Positions 50,201-58,303 of a stretch of DNA of 64,000 nt are shown piece after piece. This DNA comes from Myxococcota bacterium (GTDB taxonomy: Bacteria; Myxococcota_A; UBA796; UBA2385), in contig JBIJDH010000002.1 of assembly GCA_044344255.1 (NCBI GenBank), forward strand, positions 96,001 through 160,000, in the 5' to 3' direction. Each line of letters starts with the position of its first letter. Position 1 is the stretch's first letter. A program made the position numbers and the translations under genes. The notes under the pieces are model-generated. The model made no database searches. It worked only from the letters and a program-made list of their open reading frames with translations, and had not been told where the DNA came from.

Positions 50201-50439
50201 AGATGCCCGAGTTCCGCTGGGCCGATCCGCCGCGCGACCGAGACCTCCTCCTGCGGGCCCGCGCCGAGGCCTTCCAGCTCGTGGCCGCGGATCCCGGCCT
50301 CCGAAAGAGCCCCGACCTCGCCCGCGCGGTCTCGCTGCGGTGGGGAGACTGGCTCGGTCAGGCCAGCGCCACGCCGGAGTCCGCCAAGGCCGCCGACAAT
50401 CGCAGCCGCAAGGGCCGTCGCCGTCGTCGGCGGCGGTAG
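47293..50439 (+). CDS. RecG-like protein with long Arg/Glu/Gly-rich N-terminal extension and degenerate helicase motifs
   Basis: RMAFEELF, PMTRLLQGDVG and DGFRLAEVDLQVRG identify the RecG family; Walker B reads VEER. Start codon uncertain. Confidence 0.85.
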   Translation: MEVAVEGTVEGTEAQTDAPIDGRPLAQIDAVRRTMRWAAAGGAARYLGVNCARLVTASLDALPREGEGAERVRDELSHLVGLLGDLDSLPSGERAERLGALLGVLERVPAGPAPRLPTRAPAPVEPALLAEDGGAPVEGEAAPAQRGGDDPSGEARERDGRDRDRRGRRRERGDRAERPEGVEPRGPRPERNERAEGVEARGPRPERGQRPERGERVDRPEGAEGSEARGSRPERAPRGERNERGERNERGERNERNERGERNERATSVEKPEGEEPTPERSARAEGSGRRERGRGDRPGRGERNDRGERNERGERNERGERNERGEKPERAEKAERPVEVPAADVRRLPLGHPEGTGAPLSSLGVFTDELLERLGDEGISTVAELLLLPPTSYDRPPLVPIAASMPEGPAVVRGSVVSRSVRFVPGGQRVEVVLAGPDGHSLRLRWPGRGPRGWERWSVGSELGFIGRISEIEEGTFAFYEGEPVGLDGRGSGIVPLYSVEGVEDRLIREAVALSLGLIQGALKDTVSAELIEQHRLLPLDEALRDAHFPANAAGRGRIRMAFEELFLLQLGIAWRAGRGQAERGFAHTIVHGAVGQLAVQHQITLSDGQESAFCDIRRDLLKPNPMTRLLQGDVGAGKGLVALLTAVVVAESGHQVAMIAPDPLTAERRFLHAEAVLRSVGLVPLLVGDTVNHAMTDAIRRGEVHVVFGTRRILEEQVHWKRLGLVIVEERGPYGTVSPQSLSSRSVVPDLLVVTKAPIPSSLSLTVFGDFDLSIVPSVERPRVTVKVFGADARAEAYARAWEEVEKGRQAFVVFPVRDGRDLLGVEDAQRMAKALQAEGLPGARIGTYCSAMSREERFRVFDDFQHRRVDVLVCTTYIEDAPPVDNASVVVVEYADMHDLVRLHRLRGHVAQGRHPGTCLFVLSNNAAEGASQVVSTVINERDGFRLAEVDLQVRGAEALLGDRATEMPEFRWADPPRDRDLLLRARAEAFQLVAADPGLRKSPDLARAVSLRWGDWLGQASATPESAKAADNRSRKGRRRRRRR
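48005..48270. repeat. Two blocks of 9/18-bp repeats encoding (ERGERN)n
   Basis: gagcgcaacgagcgsggm units at about 48005-48087 and 48193-48270. Confidence 0.9.
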
Positions 50440-50448
50440 GAGTCGTCG

Positions 50449-51261
50449 ATGCCAGCCGCCACGCGCCGGGCCCTGCTCCCCGCGAGCCAAGAGGCCGTGA
50501 TGGCGGTGCTCACCGACTTCGGGGCCTACCCTCGGATCTTTCCGATCCTGGAGGCCGTGGAGGTCAGCCGCGCGAGCGCTCGCGAGTGGGAGGTGCGCTT
50601 CACCCTCTTCTACCTGCGGCGCCTCCGCTACGCGCTGCTGATCCAGCGCCCCGAGCCCGGCCGGCTCCTCTGGTCGCTGATCGAGGGTGACCTCAAGGCC
50701 GCCGAGGGCAGCTGGCAGGTCGAGCCGAGGCCCGGCGGGCAGGTCGAGGTGGAGCTCCGGCTCGACGTACAGACGACGATGCGCCTCCCCGGCCCCTTCC
50801 TCCGGTCGCTGGAGGAGGTGGAGCTGCCGCGCGTGCTCATGGGCCTGCGCGCCGAGCTCGAGCGTCGGGCGGCCCTCGCCGTCACTGCCTCAAATGGCGC
50901 GGAGGCGCTCGCGGAAGAAGCGGTCCATCCGGTGGTGGATCGTCTCGGGCTGCTCGACGAGGGCGGCGTGGGTGGCGTCGGCGAGCTCGAAGAGCTCCGC
51001 CCCGGGGATGAGGCGGGCGATCTTCCGCGAGCACCACATCGGCGTGAAGAGGTCGCGCTCCGCGGCGATGATCAGCACGGGCACGCCGATCCCGGGCAGG
51101 ACGTCCCAGGCGTCGTGCGCGTCGGTGGCGAGCACGGCGGTGAGGAAGAGGCGCAGATCGAGGGTGGAGAGGTGGGCGGAGTAGGACGCGAGGTCCTCCT
51201 CGCGGGTGTAGTGCCGATCGACCCAGTCGAGGGCGGTGGCGGTCGGGAAGGCGAGGGGTGA
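50449..51261 (+). CDS. SRPBCC / polyketide cyclase (CoQ10-like) protein; the domain covers only about the first 140 aa
   Basis: VMAVLTDFGAYPRIFP and WSLIEGDLKAAEGSW motifs; the frame runs 372 nt into the antisense gene, so the 3' end is uncertain. Confidence 0.7.
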   Translation: MPAATRRALLPASQEAVMAVLTDFGAYPRIFPILEAVEVSRASAREWEVRFTLFYLRRLRYALLIQRPEPGRLLWSLIEGDLKAAEGSWQVEPRPGGQVEVELRLDVQTTMRLPGPFLRSLEEVELPRVLMGLRAELERRAALAVTASNGAEALAEEAVHPVVDRLGLLDEGGVGGVGELEELRPGDEAGDLPRAPHRREEVALRGDDQHGHADPGQDVPGVVRVGGEHGGEEEAQIEGGEVGGVGREVLLAGVVPIDPVEGGGGREGEG

Positions 51262-51837
51262 CTCGAGCAGCGGTCGGACGAGGTTGTTGATCCGCGGCCC
51301 GATCGCGTGCACCACCCGGTGGAGGCCGCGGAACATCGCCGCCGACCCGCTCCAGTCGTAGAAGGTGTGGAGGGCCTTGCCGGCGGTGCCGAGCATGAGG
51401 ACCGCGGCTCGGGCCCGCTGCGGGTAGAGGCGGATGGCCTCCAACACCACCTGGCAGCCCATGCTGTGGCCGACCAGCACGGCGGGCTCGGTGACGCCGG
51501 CCGCCGTAAGCACGATCGCGAGATCGAGGGCGTGGCGACGGATGGAGAGGTCGGCGGTGAGGGGGTCGAGGCGGCGGTCGCTGCGACCATGGCCTCTGTA
51601 GTCCCACAGCAGGACGGTGAACTGCCCCTTGAAGTGCTCAGCGAGGTACTTCCAGAAGAAGAGGCTGACTCCAACGCCGTTGTTGCAGACGATGGCCGGA
51701 CCTTGGCCGATCGCCCGCCAATACAGAGAGACGCCGTCTTCGGCGCGGGCGAAGCCGCTCCGGACCTCGGGCTCCACGTTGGCCCCGTCGGTCGCCCGTG
51801 TCGCCGCGCCCCCTGGCTTGCCCGCTGTGACCTCCAC
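50890..51837 (-). CDS. Alpha/beta-fold hydrolase
   Basis: WDYRGHGRS; nucleophile elbow GHSMG; acid D in ERDLFTP; His in ATHAALVE. Confidence 0.92.
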   Translation of the reverse strand: MEVTAGKPGGAATRATDGANVEPEVRSGFARAEDGVSLYWRAIGQGPAIVCNNGVGVSLFFWKYLAEHFKGQFTVLLWDYRGHGRSDRRLDPLTADLSIRRHALDLAIVLTAAGVTEPAVLVGHSMGCQVVLEAIRLYPQRARAAVLMLGTAGKALHTFYDWSGSAAMFRGLHRVVHAIGPRINNLVRPLLESPLAFPTATALDWVDRHYTREEDLASYSAHLSTLDLRLFLTAVLATDAHDAWDVLPGIGVPVLIIAAERDLFTPMWCSRKIARLIPGAELFELADATHAALVEQPETIHHRMDRFFRERLRAI

Positions 51838-51917
51838 GCTGCCTCCTCGCCGGGTCCTCGCCGCAGGCCCGGCTCCCCGGATTAACGATGGGGCGCAGCC
51901 TGTGCGAGAATCGAGGG

Positions 51918-53417
51918 ATGCAGATGCAGCGATGGCGGGCGATCCTCGGGACCCGGGCCCTCCTCGTCGGGGTCACCGTCGGCGTCGCGGGGGCGTGGCG
52001 CATCTGGCTGGCCGGGCACTACGCCGGCTGGGAGGAGAGCGACTACGGCAACCTCGCGATGATCCGCGGTGTGCTCGACGGTGGCTTCCGGCACTACGAC
52101 ATGAACCACATGCCCGGCTACTACGCGCTGGGCGCCGCGGTCCTGGCCGTGGTGGGCGACACCGTGCTGGCGGCGCGGGGCACAGCGGTGGTCATGGGGC
52201 TGCTGGCCTACATCCTGGCCGTGCTCCTGGCCGACCGCCTGGCCGGGCGGCGGGTGGCCTGGCTCACCGGCCTGCTGCTCGCCTTCCAGCCAGAGCTCGC
52301 GCTCTACTCCTCGACCTCTCTGCGGGAGCCCATCTACGCCGGGTGGGTGCTGGCTGCGCTGTTCTCGCTGGTCTCCGAGCGGCTCCTGCTGGCCGGCGTC
52401 TTCGCGGCCCTGGCCTTCTCCGTGCGCATGGACGGTGCCCTCGCCCTCGCCCCAGCGCTGCTCGTCCACGCCCTCGGCCGAGGCGACCGTGTGCGGCGCC
52501 TCCTCTCCGCCTTCCTGCCCCTCTTGTTGGCGATGGGGGCGTGGTCCGCCTACTGCGCGGCGGAGCACGGCACGGCCCTCTTCTGGTCGCACTCGGTGGA
52601 GGTCAACATCGAGACTGGCCTGGGCGCGGAGGCGGTCGATCGTTGGAGCTGGGTGGAGAACGGGCTGTCGGTCGTCTTCGGCTTGGCCGCGGGGCTCCTC
52701 CCGTCGCGGATCGGCTGGGCGGTGTGGGCGGGGGTCTTCTATGCGGTGGTCCACACCCCCTGGCTCCGCCACGATCCGCGCCGCACCTGGGCGATCCAGG
52801 GCATCGTGATGGCGGGGGTCTGGTGCGGCATCGGCTTCGTCGGCCAGCACGCCCCCGACCACAACCTCTATTGGAAGTGGATGTCTCCCTTCGTGCCGCT
52901 GCTGGTGCCGATCGGGCTCAGCGGGCTGCTCGGCGCCCTCGATCGCCTCCGCGCGCGGCTGCCGGCGGCGCCGCCGCTCCTGCTCGGCCTCGCGCTCGCG
53001 CAGGCCCTCGTCGGCTACGGCTTCGAGACGCACCGCCAGTTCTGGCTCTCCGAGGCCCTGTATCGACCGCAAGAGGAGCTCGCGCAGTGGGTCGAGGCGA
53101 ACGTGCCCGAGTCCGTGCCGATGCTCTTTGACGACATCCCCGCCTGCTACATCAACCGGAACCCGCACGAGCGCCGCATGGTGAGCTGGTTCGACGTGCC
53201 GAGCGAGCCCGGCGACCCGGAGTCTTTCGCGGCCTTCCTCCAAGCGGAGCACATCGGCTGGGTGTTGTGGTTCGCCGAGGATTGGACGCAGGCCCCGCGC
53301 TTCGCGCCCTTCCTTCGGGAGGGGGGCACCTGGGAGTCGGGAGGCGTGCGGCTGGTCGAGGTGCGCCGGGAAGACCAATACGGCTGGATCTTCTTCGAGG
53401 CGCAAGGCACCGACTGA
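51918..53417 (+). CDS. GT-C fold (ArnT/PMT-like) integral membrane glycosyltransferase
   Basis: First TM followed by the acidic loop EESDYG; HMPGY; LREP; SVRMDG; more than 10 TM; soluble C-terminal domain. Confidence 0.7.
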   Translation: MQMQRWRAILGTRALLVGVTVGVAGAWRIWLAGHYAGWEESDYGNLAMIRGVLDGGFRHYDMNHMPGYYALGAAVLAVVGDTVLAARGTAVVMGLLAYILAVLLADRLAGRRVAWLTGLLLAFQPELALYSSTSLREPIYAGWVLAALFSLVSERLLLAGVFAALAFSVRMDGALALAPALLVHALGRGDRVRRLLSAFLPLLLAMGAWSAYCAAEHGTALFWSHSVEVNIETGLGAEAVDRWSWVENGLSVVFGLAAGLLPSRIGWAVWAGVFYAVVHTPWLRHDPRRTWAIQGIVMAGVWCGIGFVGQHAPDHNLYWKWMSPFVPLLVPIGLSGLLGALDRLRARLPAAPPLLLGLALAQALVGYGFETHRQFWLSEALYRPQEELAQWVEANVPESVPMLFDDIPACYINRNPHERRMVSWFDVPSEPGDPESFAAFLQAEHIGWVLWFAEDWTQAPRFAPFLREGGTWESGGVRLVEVRREDQYGWIFFEAQGTD

Positions 53418-53430
53418 GGCGGCCGCGGCC

Positions 53431-53460
53431 AAAAAAAAGACCCCGCCTTTCGGCGGGGCC
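53431..53460 (-). terminator. Rho-independent terminator after tRNA-Ala(CGC)
   Basis: Hairpin ccccgcc-tttc-ggcgggg with A8 on the plus strand (U-tract on minus). Confidence 0.9.
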
Positions 53461-53465
53461 CTATC

Positions 53466-53540
53466 TGGTGGAGGAAAGGGGAGTTGAACCCCCGACCCCT
53501 GGAGTGCGATTCCAGTGCTCTCCCACTGAGCTATTCCCCC
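53466..53540 (-). tRNA. tRNA-Ala(CGC)
   Basis: Reverse complement folds as a cloverleaf: acceptor GGGGGAA/TTCCTCC with G3:U70, anticodon arm CTGGA-ATCGCAC-TCCAG, T-loop TTCAACT, CCA end. Confidence 0.96.
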
Positions 53541-53566
53541 GATTGGGGCTGCCCCAGACGGGGCTG

Positions 53567-53595
53567 CGTTTATGGTGTGGGGCCTCCGCTGTCAA
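53567..53595 (-). promoter_or_regulatory. Putative sigma70 promoter for tRNA-Ala(CGC)
   Basis: Minus strand TTGACA-N17-TAAACG, ending 26 nt upstream of the tRNA. Confidence 0.55.
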
Positions 53596-53627
53596 GGCGC
53601 CTGACGCCTCTCCGGCGCGCCCATGGC

Positions 53628-54458
53628 TCAGTCGAGGCCGCGCTCCGCGAGGTCTTCTTCGTCGAGGCCGAGGAAGTGCCCGATCTCGTGAAAGAGCGTG
53701 ATGCGCAGCTCCTCGATGATCTGCTCCCGATCGGCCGCCATCCGCTCCAGGTTGTTGCGGAAGAGCGTGATGGTGGGCGGCAGGTTGCTCCAGGGGTTGT
53801 CCATCGACCGATCGACGAGGGAGTGACCGCTGAAGTAGCCGAGGAGGTCTAGGGGCGAGGCCGGCGGGTCATAGCTGCGGAGGATCTCCTCGCGGGGGAG
53901 GTCTTCAAGGAGGATCGCCACGTTGGCCAGCCAGGCCTGCAGATCGGGGTGGAGCGAGCCGACAGCCTCCTCGACGATGTCCTCGACGACCTCATCGCTC
54001 AGCGAGTGTGGCACGAGGAAGCTGTCGGGCTCCAGCCAGCGGGCCCGGGTCAGCGCGCGGCGTCGGCCGGCCTTGTCGCCCTTCCACTCGAGCAGCAGCG
54101 AGCGGGCCCACCATGCTTCGGGGTTCCGCGGGTCCTCCCGGAGGGCGCGGGCGGCCGCACGGGAGGCCTCGTCGAAGCGGAGGAGGTCGAAGCAGGTCGT
54201 CGACAGGGCCGCCCAGGAGGAGGAGTGGCCGGGGTCGGCGAGGGCTGCGCTGCGGTAGGCCTCGGCGGCCTCGCTGTCCCGCGAGAGGGCCCGCAGCGCG
54301 TCGCCGCGCACGAACCAGGCGCCCGGGTGCGTCGAGTTGAAGGTCAGGGCGCGGTCCGCGAAGCGCAGCGCCTCCTCCGGCGCGGCCCGATCGAGGGCCT
54401 CTTCCGCTTGATCCAGCAGCTCTTCAATCGCCACCACGGAGGCACCCACGTTCGTCAC
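53628..54458 (-). CDS. TPR-repeat plus Zincin_1 (minimal gluzincin-like) metallopeptidase
   Basis: About three TPRs (AWFVRGDAL, AWWARS); LLGYFSG; P.TITLFRNN; HEIGHFLG; GTGA overlap with the upstream gene. Confidence 0.88.
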   Translation of the reverse strand: MTNVGASVVAIEELLDQAEEALDRAAPEEALRFADRALTFNSTHPGAWFVRGDALRALSRDSEAAEAYRSAALADPGHSSSWAALSTTCFDLLRFDEASRAAARALREDPRNPEAWWARSLLLEWKGDKAGRRRALTRARWLEPDSFLVPHSLSDEVVEDIVEEAVGSLHPDLQAWLANVAILLEDLPREEILRSYDPPASPLDLLGYFSGHSLVDRSMDNPWSNLPPTITLFRNNLERMAADREQIIEELRITLFHEIGHFLGLDEEDLAERGLD

Positions 54459-56347
54459 CCCTTCTTCGGCTCACGTACGACGTAACGAAGGCTGGTCCGG
54501 AAGGTCGCGTAGTCCCCCTGGACCAGCGAGAACTTGATCGCGCGGAGCTCCCGCTTGATGCACCGCTGGACCTCGCCGCCGAGGAGCGTCGCCTTCTCGA
54601 AGTTGACGCCCATGACGTAGCCACGAGGCGACACGTAGGCGGTGAGCTCGGTGGAGGCGACGCTGCCGGGCTCGGCGGTCAGGTGCTGGGCGAAGCAGGC
54701 GTCGAGGCGGTCCGCGCGCCGCTGGACGAGCGCTCGGGCCCCCTCGTCATCGAAGGGGGCGGGCGTCTGCTCGGCGGTGGGCGTGAAGCCCATGGGATCG
54801 GTGAGCTTGAGGACGGGCTCGACGGTCTCGGTGGCGCCGTCCTCGATCGTCACCTCGCGGGTGAAGGGCTCGAAGCCGTCGAGCTCCACCTTGATGGCGA
54901 CGGGCTGGCCGGGGGGGACCCGATGCTCGCGGAGCACGCCCTCGGAGGTCGCGAACGTACCGGCCACGGTGACCTCGCCGGCGGGGGGATCGCAGATCAC
55001 GTTAAGGATCCCGTGCGGAGGGTCCACGACGGGAGGGTCGCCCCACTCGATCCGAGAGGCGACGAAGGCGGAGACGCCGACGATCATCAGCGCCGCGAGG
55101 CCGATCAGCCAGGGCAAGGGGTTGGGCCGCTCGGCCTCGATGGTGATGGCCTTACGCTCCTGGTCATCGGTGGCGACCGTGACCAGCGCTACGGCCTTGT
55201 TGCGGGGCATCTTCCGCGGATCGATGGTGACCTGGATGATCTGCTCGGCCGCGCCGGGATCCAGGCGGGAGGGGTTTACCTCCACCCAGTCGCGGTCGAC
55301 GAAGACCCTCCCGGGCATTCGGCCCGAGCCGCCATTGCGGATGGTGAGCCGGAGCTGGACCGGCGCCTTCCGCGCCTTGATCGAGATGACCTCGGGGCCA
55401 TCGACGTGGAGGCGGGCGGCGCGCTCGGGGCGGGCCGGCTGCGCGGTGCCGCCGAGGTTGAGCGTGCGGCTTGGGTTGGTGAGCGCGTCGGGGACCCGAG
55501 GGGGAGGGGAACCTCGGGAGTGGCCCCCGGCCGTCGAGTGGGTGGTAGGGGCGTCCGAGACGTCCTCGGTGTCCTCCCCGGCCAGCGCGAGCCGGCGCAC
55601 ACGGAGCGGCTCCGGCTCCTTTTTGGGGGCCGCGGGCGGGACGATGCTGGTGCCAAGCACTTCTCGGCGCTTCTCGTCGTACCGGGCGCGGGTGATGGGG
55701 TCCTTCAGGATGTCCCAGGCCTGATCGAGGCGCCCGTAGATCTCGCCGGCTCGGCGGGTGTCTTGGAGCTGTCGGGCCCAATGGTACCGATCTCGGTGCG
55801 CCTGCTCGAGGACCTCGACCGAGGAGTGCGCGGGGACACCGAGTACGGCGTAGTGATCGATGAAGGAGGGGCGACCGGGAGGACCGGGATCCTCTGGGCC
55901 CGGGCTGCGGGCGGCGTGGCTCTCGCTCAACAGCTCCGCCACCTGGGCATCGACCGTCTCAACGTCGAGGCCGAGCTTCGCGCCCTGCTCTCGGATCGCC
56001 TCTTCGCCCTTGGGGGTCAGCACGCCGTCGGCGAGGGTGCCGAGCACGAAGAGGCGGAGCACCTGCAGCTTCCGGTCGCGATCCCGACCCTCGACCTCCG
56101 CTTGGTACTGCGCGCGCTCCTCGATGAGGGCGCGCCGGCAGAGCGTCACGCTCTTGATGACCCAGAGCGCCTCTTGCCGGTACTTGGGGTTGTTCTGCTG
56201 GCCCTGCGCCCAGGCGCGCCGCTGGCGGATCGCAGCCTCGGCCTCGTCGGAGGTCGCCTCCGTGGCGATCCCCAGGTACTCGAACAGCGTTGCCTTGCCG
56301 ACCGTGGCCAGGAATCGGTTGATTTCTTCGAAATCCCGCTGTTCCAT
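54455..56347 (-). CDS. Bitopic membrane protein: two J-like domains, Ig-like domain, TM, PEGA, AgmX/PglI (TonB-C-like) C-terminal domain
   Basis: TLFEYLGI...; DHYAVLGV...AWDILKDPITRARYD; TM LPWLIGLAALMIVGV; PEGA LNVICDPPAGEV..VELDGFEPF; LDACF...VSPRG.V...VQRCI. Confidence 0.8.
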   Translation of the reverse strand: MEQRDFEEINRFLATVGKATLFEYLGIATEATSDEAEAAIRQRRAWAQGQQNNPKYRQEALWVIKSVTLCRRALIEERAQYQAEVEGRDRDRKLQVLRLFVLGTLADGVLTPKGEEAIREQGAKLGLDVETVDAQVAELLSESHAARSPGPEDPGPPGRPSFIDHYAVLGVPAHSSVEVLEQAHRDRYHWARQLQDTRRAGEIYGRLDQAWDILKDPITRARYDEKRREVLGTSIVPPAAPKKEPEPLRVRRLALAGEDTEDVSDAPTTHSTAGGHSRGSPPPRVPDALTNPSRTLNLGGTAQPARPERAARLHVDGPEVISIKARKAPVQLRLTIRNGGSGRMPGRVFVDRDWVEVNPSRLDPGAAEQIIQVTIDPRKMPRNKAVALVTVATDDQERKAITIEAERPNPLPWLIGLAALMIVGVSAFVASRIEWGDPPVVDPPHGILNVICDPPAGEVTVAGTFATSEGVLREHRVPPGQPVAIKVELDGFEPFTREVTIEDGATETVEPVLKLTDPMGFTPTAEQTPAPFDDEGARALVQRRADRLDACFAQHLTAEPGSVASTELTAYVSPRGYVMGVNFEKATLLGGEVQRCIKRELRAIKFSLVQGDYATFRTSLRYVVREPKKG

Positions 56348-56534
56348 TTACCGCCAGGGGGGTCCTCGTTGGGGGACCGAGCGCCGTTCGAGAGGAGGAA
56401 GGGGGGGGGCGATGTGCGTCGCCGGGGGGCGTGACGTTTGTACCGCCGAAGGATCTGAGGGTCAATGCCCGGCGACCGGGTGCGGTTGGTCTCGCCGGGG
56501 AGGCGAGGCACGACCGCTCACCCTACACGGTCCT

Positions 56535-58295
56535 TCAATGCACCTGAAACAGCGCCACCGTCTTCTGAGCCTGGCTCATGCGACCGGCGTCGAGGCCGCC
56601 TTTGAGGTCCATCCGGGCGCGCCGTACCCGCCGGGTCTCCACGTCGACGATGTCGATCTCCAGGATTTGGTTGAGCCCGTAGCGGTAGACCACCTCGATC
56701 GGGGTGCCCTTGGGACGCGGGGGGAGGTCGTCCAGCACCACCTCGCCGATCACCTTGACCTCGTCCCGGCGGGTGCCGGTCCCCTCGGTCACCTCGACCC
56801 GAACGGCGGTCATGTTGTCATAGGCATAGGCGAAGCGGCTCTTCTTCTCGCAGGGCACCGCCGTGGCCTCGGGGATCACAACGACCACGCGCTCGTTCAG
56901 GCTGCGGTCGAGGACCACGATGCCCAAGGGGTGACTGGTGACGTCGGTGATCTTGACCGGCGGCAGCCCGATGTAGCCGAAGACCTCACCGGCGGTGCCG
57001 ACGTCGGCCGGGGCCTCAGTCGCCTCCACCTGCGGGAGACGCGCGCCATCGGTGACCCCCTCGGGCGCCGTCGGGCCGGACAGCGGGCCTCGGCTCCCGC
57101 GTGGGAGCTCCCCGGGTCGCGGCGCGGCGCGCAGGGGAGCGAGGGCGGGGTGGTCCTGCTGCGGCTGCAGGGCGACCTCTCGGGCGCGGCGCGCGAGGGC
57201 CTGCCGGTGCGGCACGAGCGCGGGGTGGTTGGCGCGGTGGCGAAGCACGCCCGCGAGCGCCGCGCCCATCGCGACACACTCGTCGGGGTTGACGGTGGTC
57301 GCGGGCGTCTTCCCGGTGAGGGTGGCGAGCATCTCTCGCACCATCGGCATGCGGGTCGATCCTCCGACCAGCAGCACCTCGTCGAGGTCTTCCCACTTCA
57401 TCCCGGCCTTGTCGAGGACGAGGCGGGTGGTATCGGCGCACTGGTCGACGAGGTCGGCGGTCATCCGCTCGAACTCCTCTCGGGTGACGGTGACCACCAT
57501 GCGGTGGCCCCGGAAGTTCACCGGGATCACGGCCTTCGGCTTCGTGGAGAGCGAGATCTTGGCGTGCAGGCAGCGCTCGTACAGCTCCTGGTAGGGCTGT
57601 GGATCGTCGCGGGGGTCGAGGCCGAAGCGGTCCATGAACTGGTCGGCCACCGAATTCAGCAGGCGGTCGTCCCAGTCCTTTCCGCCGAGCTCGGCGTTTC
57701 CGTCGCTGGCGATGGTCTTGAAGGAGATCCCGCGGATCTCCATCAGCGTGACGTCGAAGGTGCCGCCGCCGAGGTCGAAGACCAGGAGGCGGCGATTGCC
57801 CCCCAGGCGCTCGATGCCGTAGGCGATGGCCGCCGTGGTGGGCTCGTTGATGATCGACAGCACGTTGAGGCCGGCGATGGTGCCCGCCTCGGCGGTGGCT
57901 TGGCGCTGCGAAGAGTTGAAGTAGGCGGGGACCGTGATCACCGCGTCCTTGATCGGGAAGCCGAGGGCCTCTTGGGCGTCCTCCTTGAGCTTCTTCAGGA
58001 TGATCGCCGAGAGCTCTTGTGGCGTGTAGCTGCGGCCGAAGAACTCGAGGGTGAAGTCTGGCTCGCCCATCGAGCGCTTGATGAAGCGGACGATGTTGGT
58101 GGGATCGACCACCACCATCTTGACGGCCTCATCACCCACCACGCAAGCGTCGCGGTCGTAGAAGTGGATCACGGAGGGGGTGGTCGGCTGCCCCTCGGAA
58201 TTGGGCACGATCACCGGCTTGCCGAAACGATCCACGATGGCCATCGCGGAGAAGGTCGTACCGAGGTCGATGCCGAGGACGGACTCGTCACTCAT
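56535..58295 (-). CDS. Atypical Hsp70 (no lid, long NBD-SBD linker insertion)
   Basis: GIDLGTTFS, TVPAYF, INEPTTAAIAYG, DLGGGTFDV, VGGSTRMP and NPDECVA motifs; SBD-beta present. Confidence 0.92.
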   Translation of the reverse strand: MSDESVLGIDLGTTFSAMAIVDRFGKPVIVPNSEGQPTTPSVIHFYDRDACVVGDEAVKMVVVDPTNIVRFIKRSMGEPDFTLEFFGRSYTPQELSAIILKKLKEDAQEALGFPIKDAVITVPAYFNSSQRQATAEAGTIAGLNVLSIINEPTTAAIAYGIERLGGNRRLLVFDLGGGTFDVTLMEIRGISFKTIASDGNAELGGKDWDDRLLNSVADQFMDRFGLDPRDDPQPYQELYERCLHAKISLSTKPKAVIPVNFRGHRMVVTVTREEFERMTADLVDQCADTTRLVLDKAGMKWEDLDEVLLVGGSTRMPMVREMLATLTGKTPATTVNPDECVAMGAALAGVLRHRANHPALVPHRQALARRAREVALQPQQDHPALAPLRAAPRPGELPRGSRGPLSGPTAPEGVTDGARLPQVEATEAPADVGTAGEVFGYIGLPPVKITDVTSHPLGIVVLDRSLNERVVVVIPEATAVPCEKKSRFAYAYDNMTAVRVEVTEGTGTRRDEVKVIGEVVLDDLPPRPKGTPIEVVYRYGLNQILEIDIVDVETRRVRRARMDLKGGLDAGRMSQAQKTVALFQVH

Positions 58296-58303
58296 GGCCA
58301 GCT

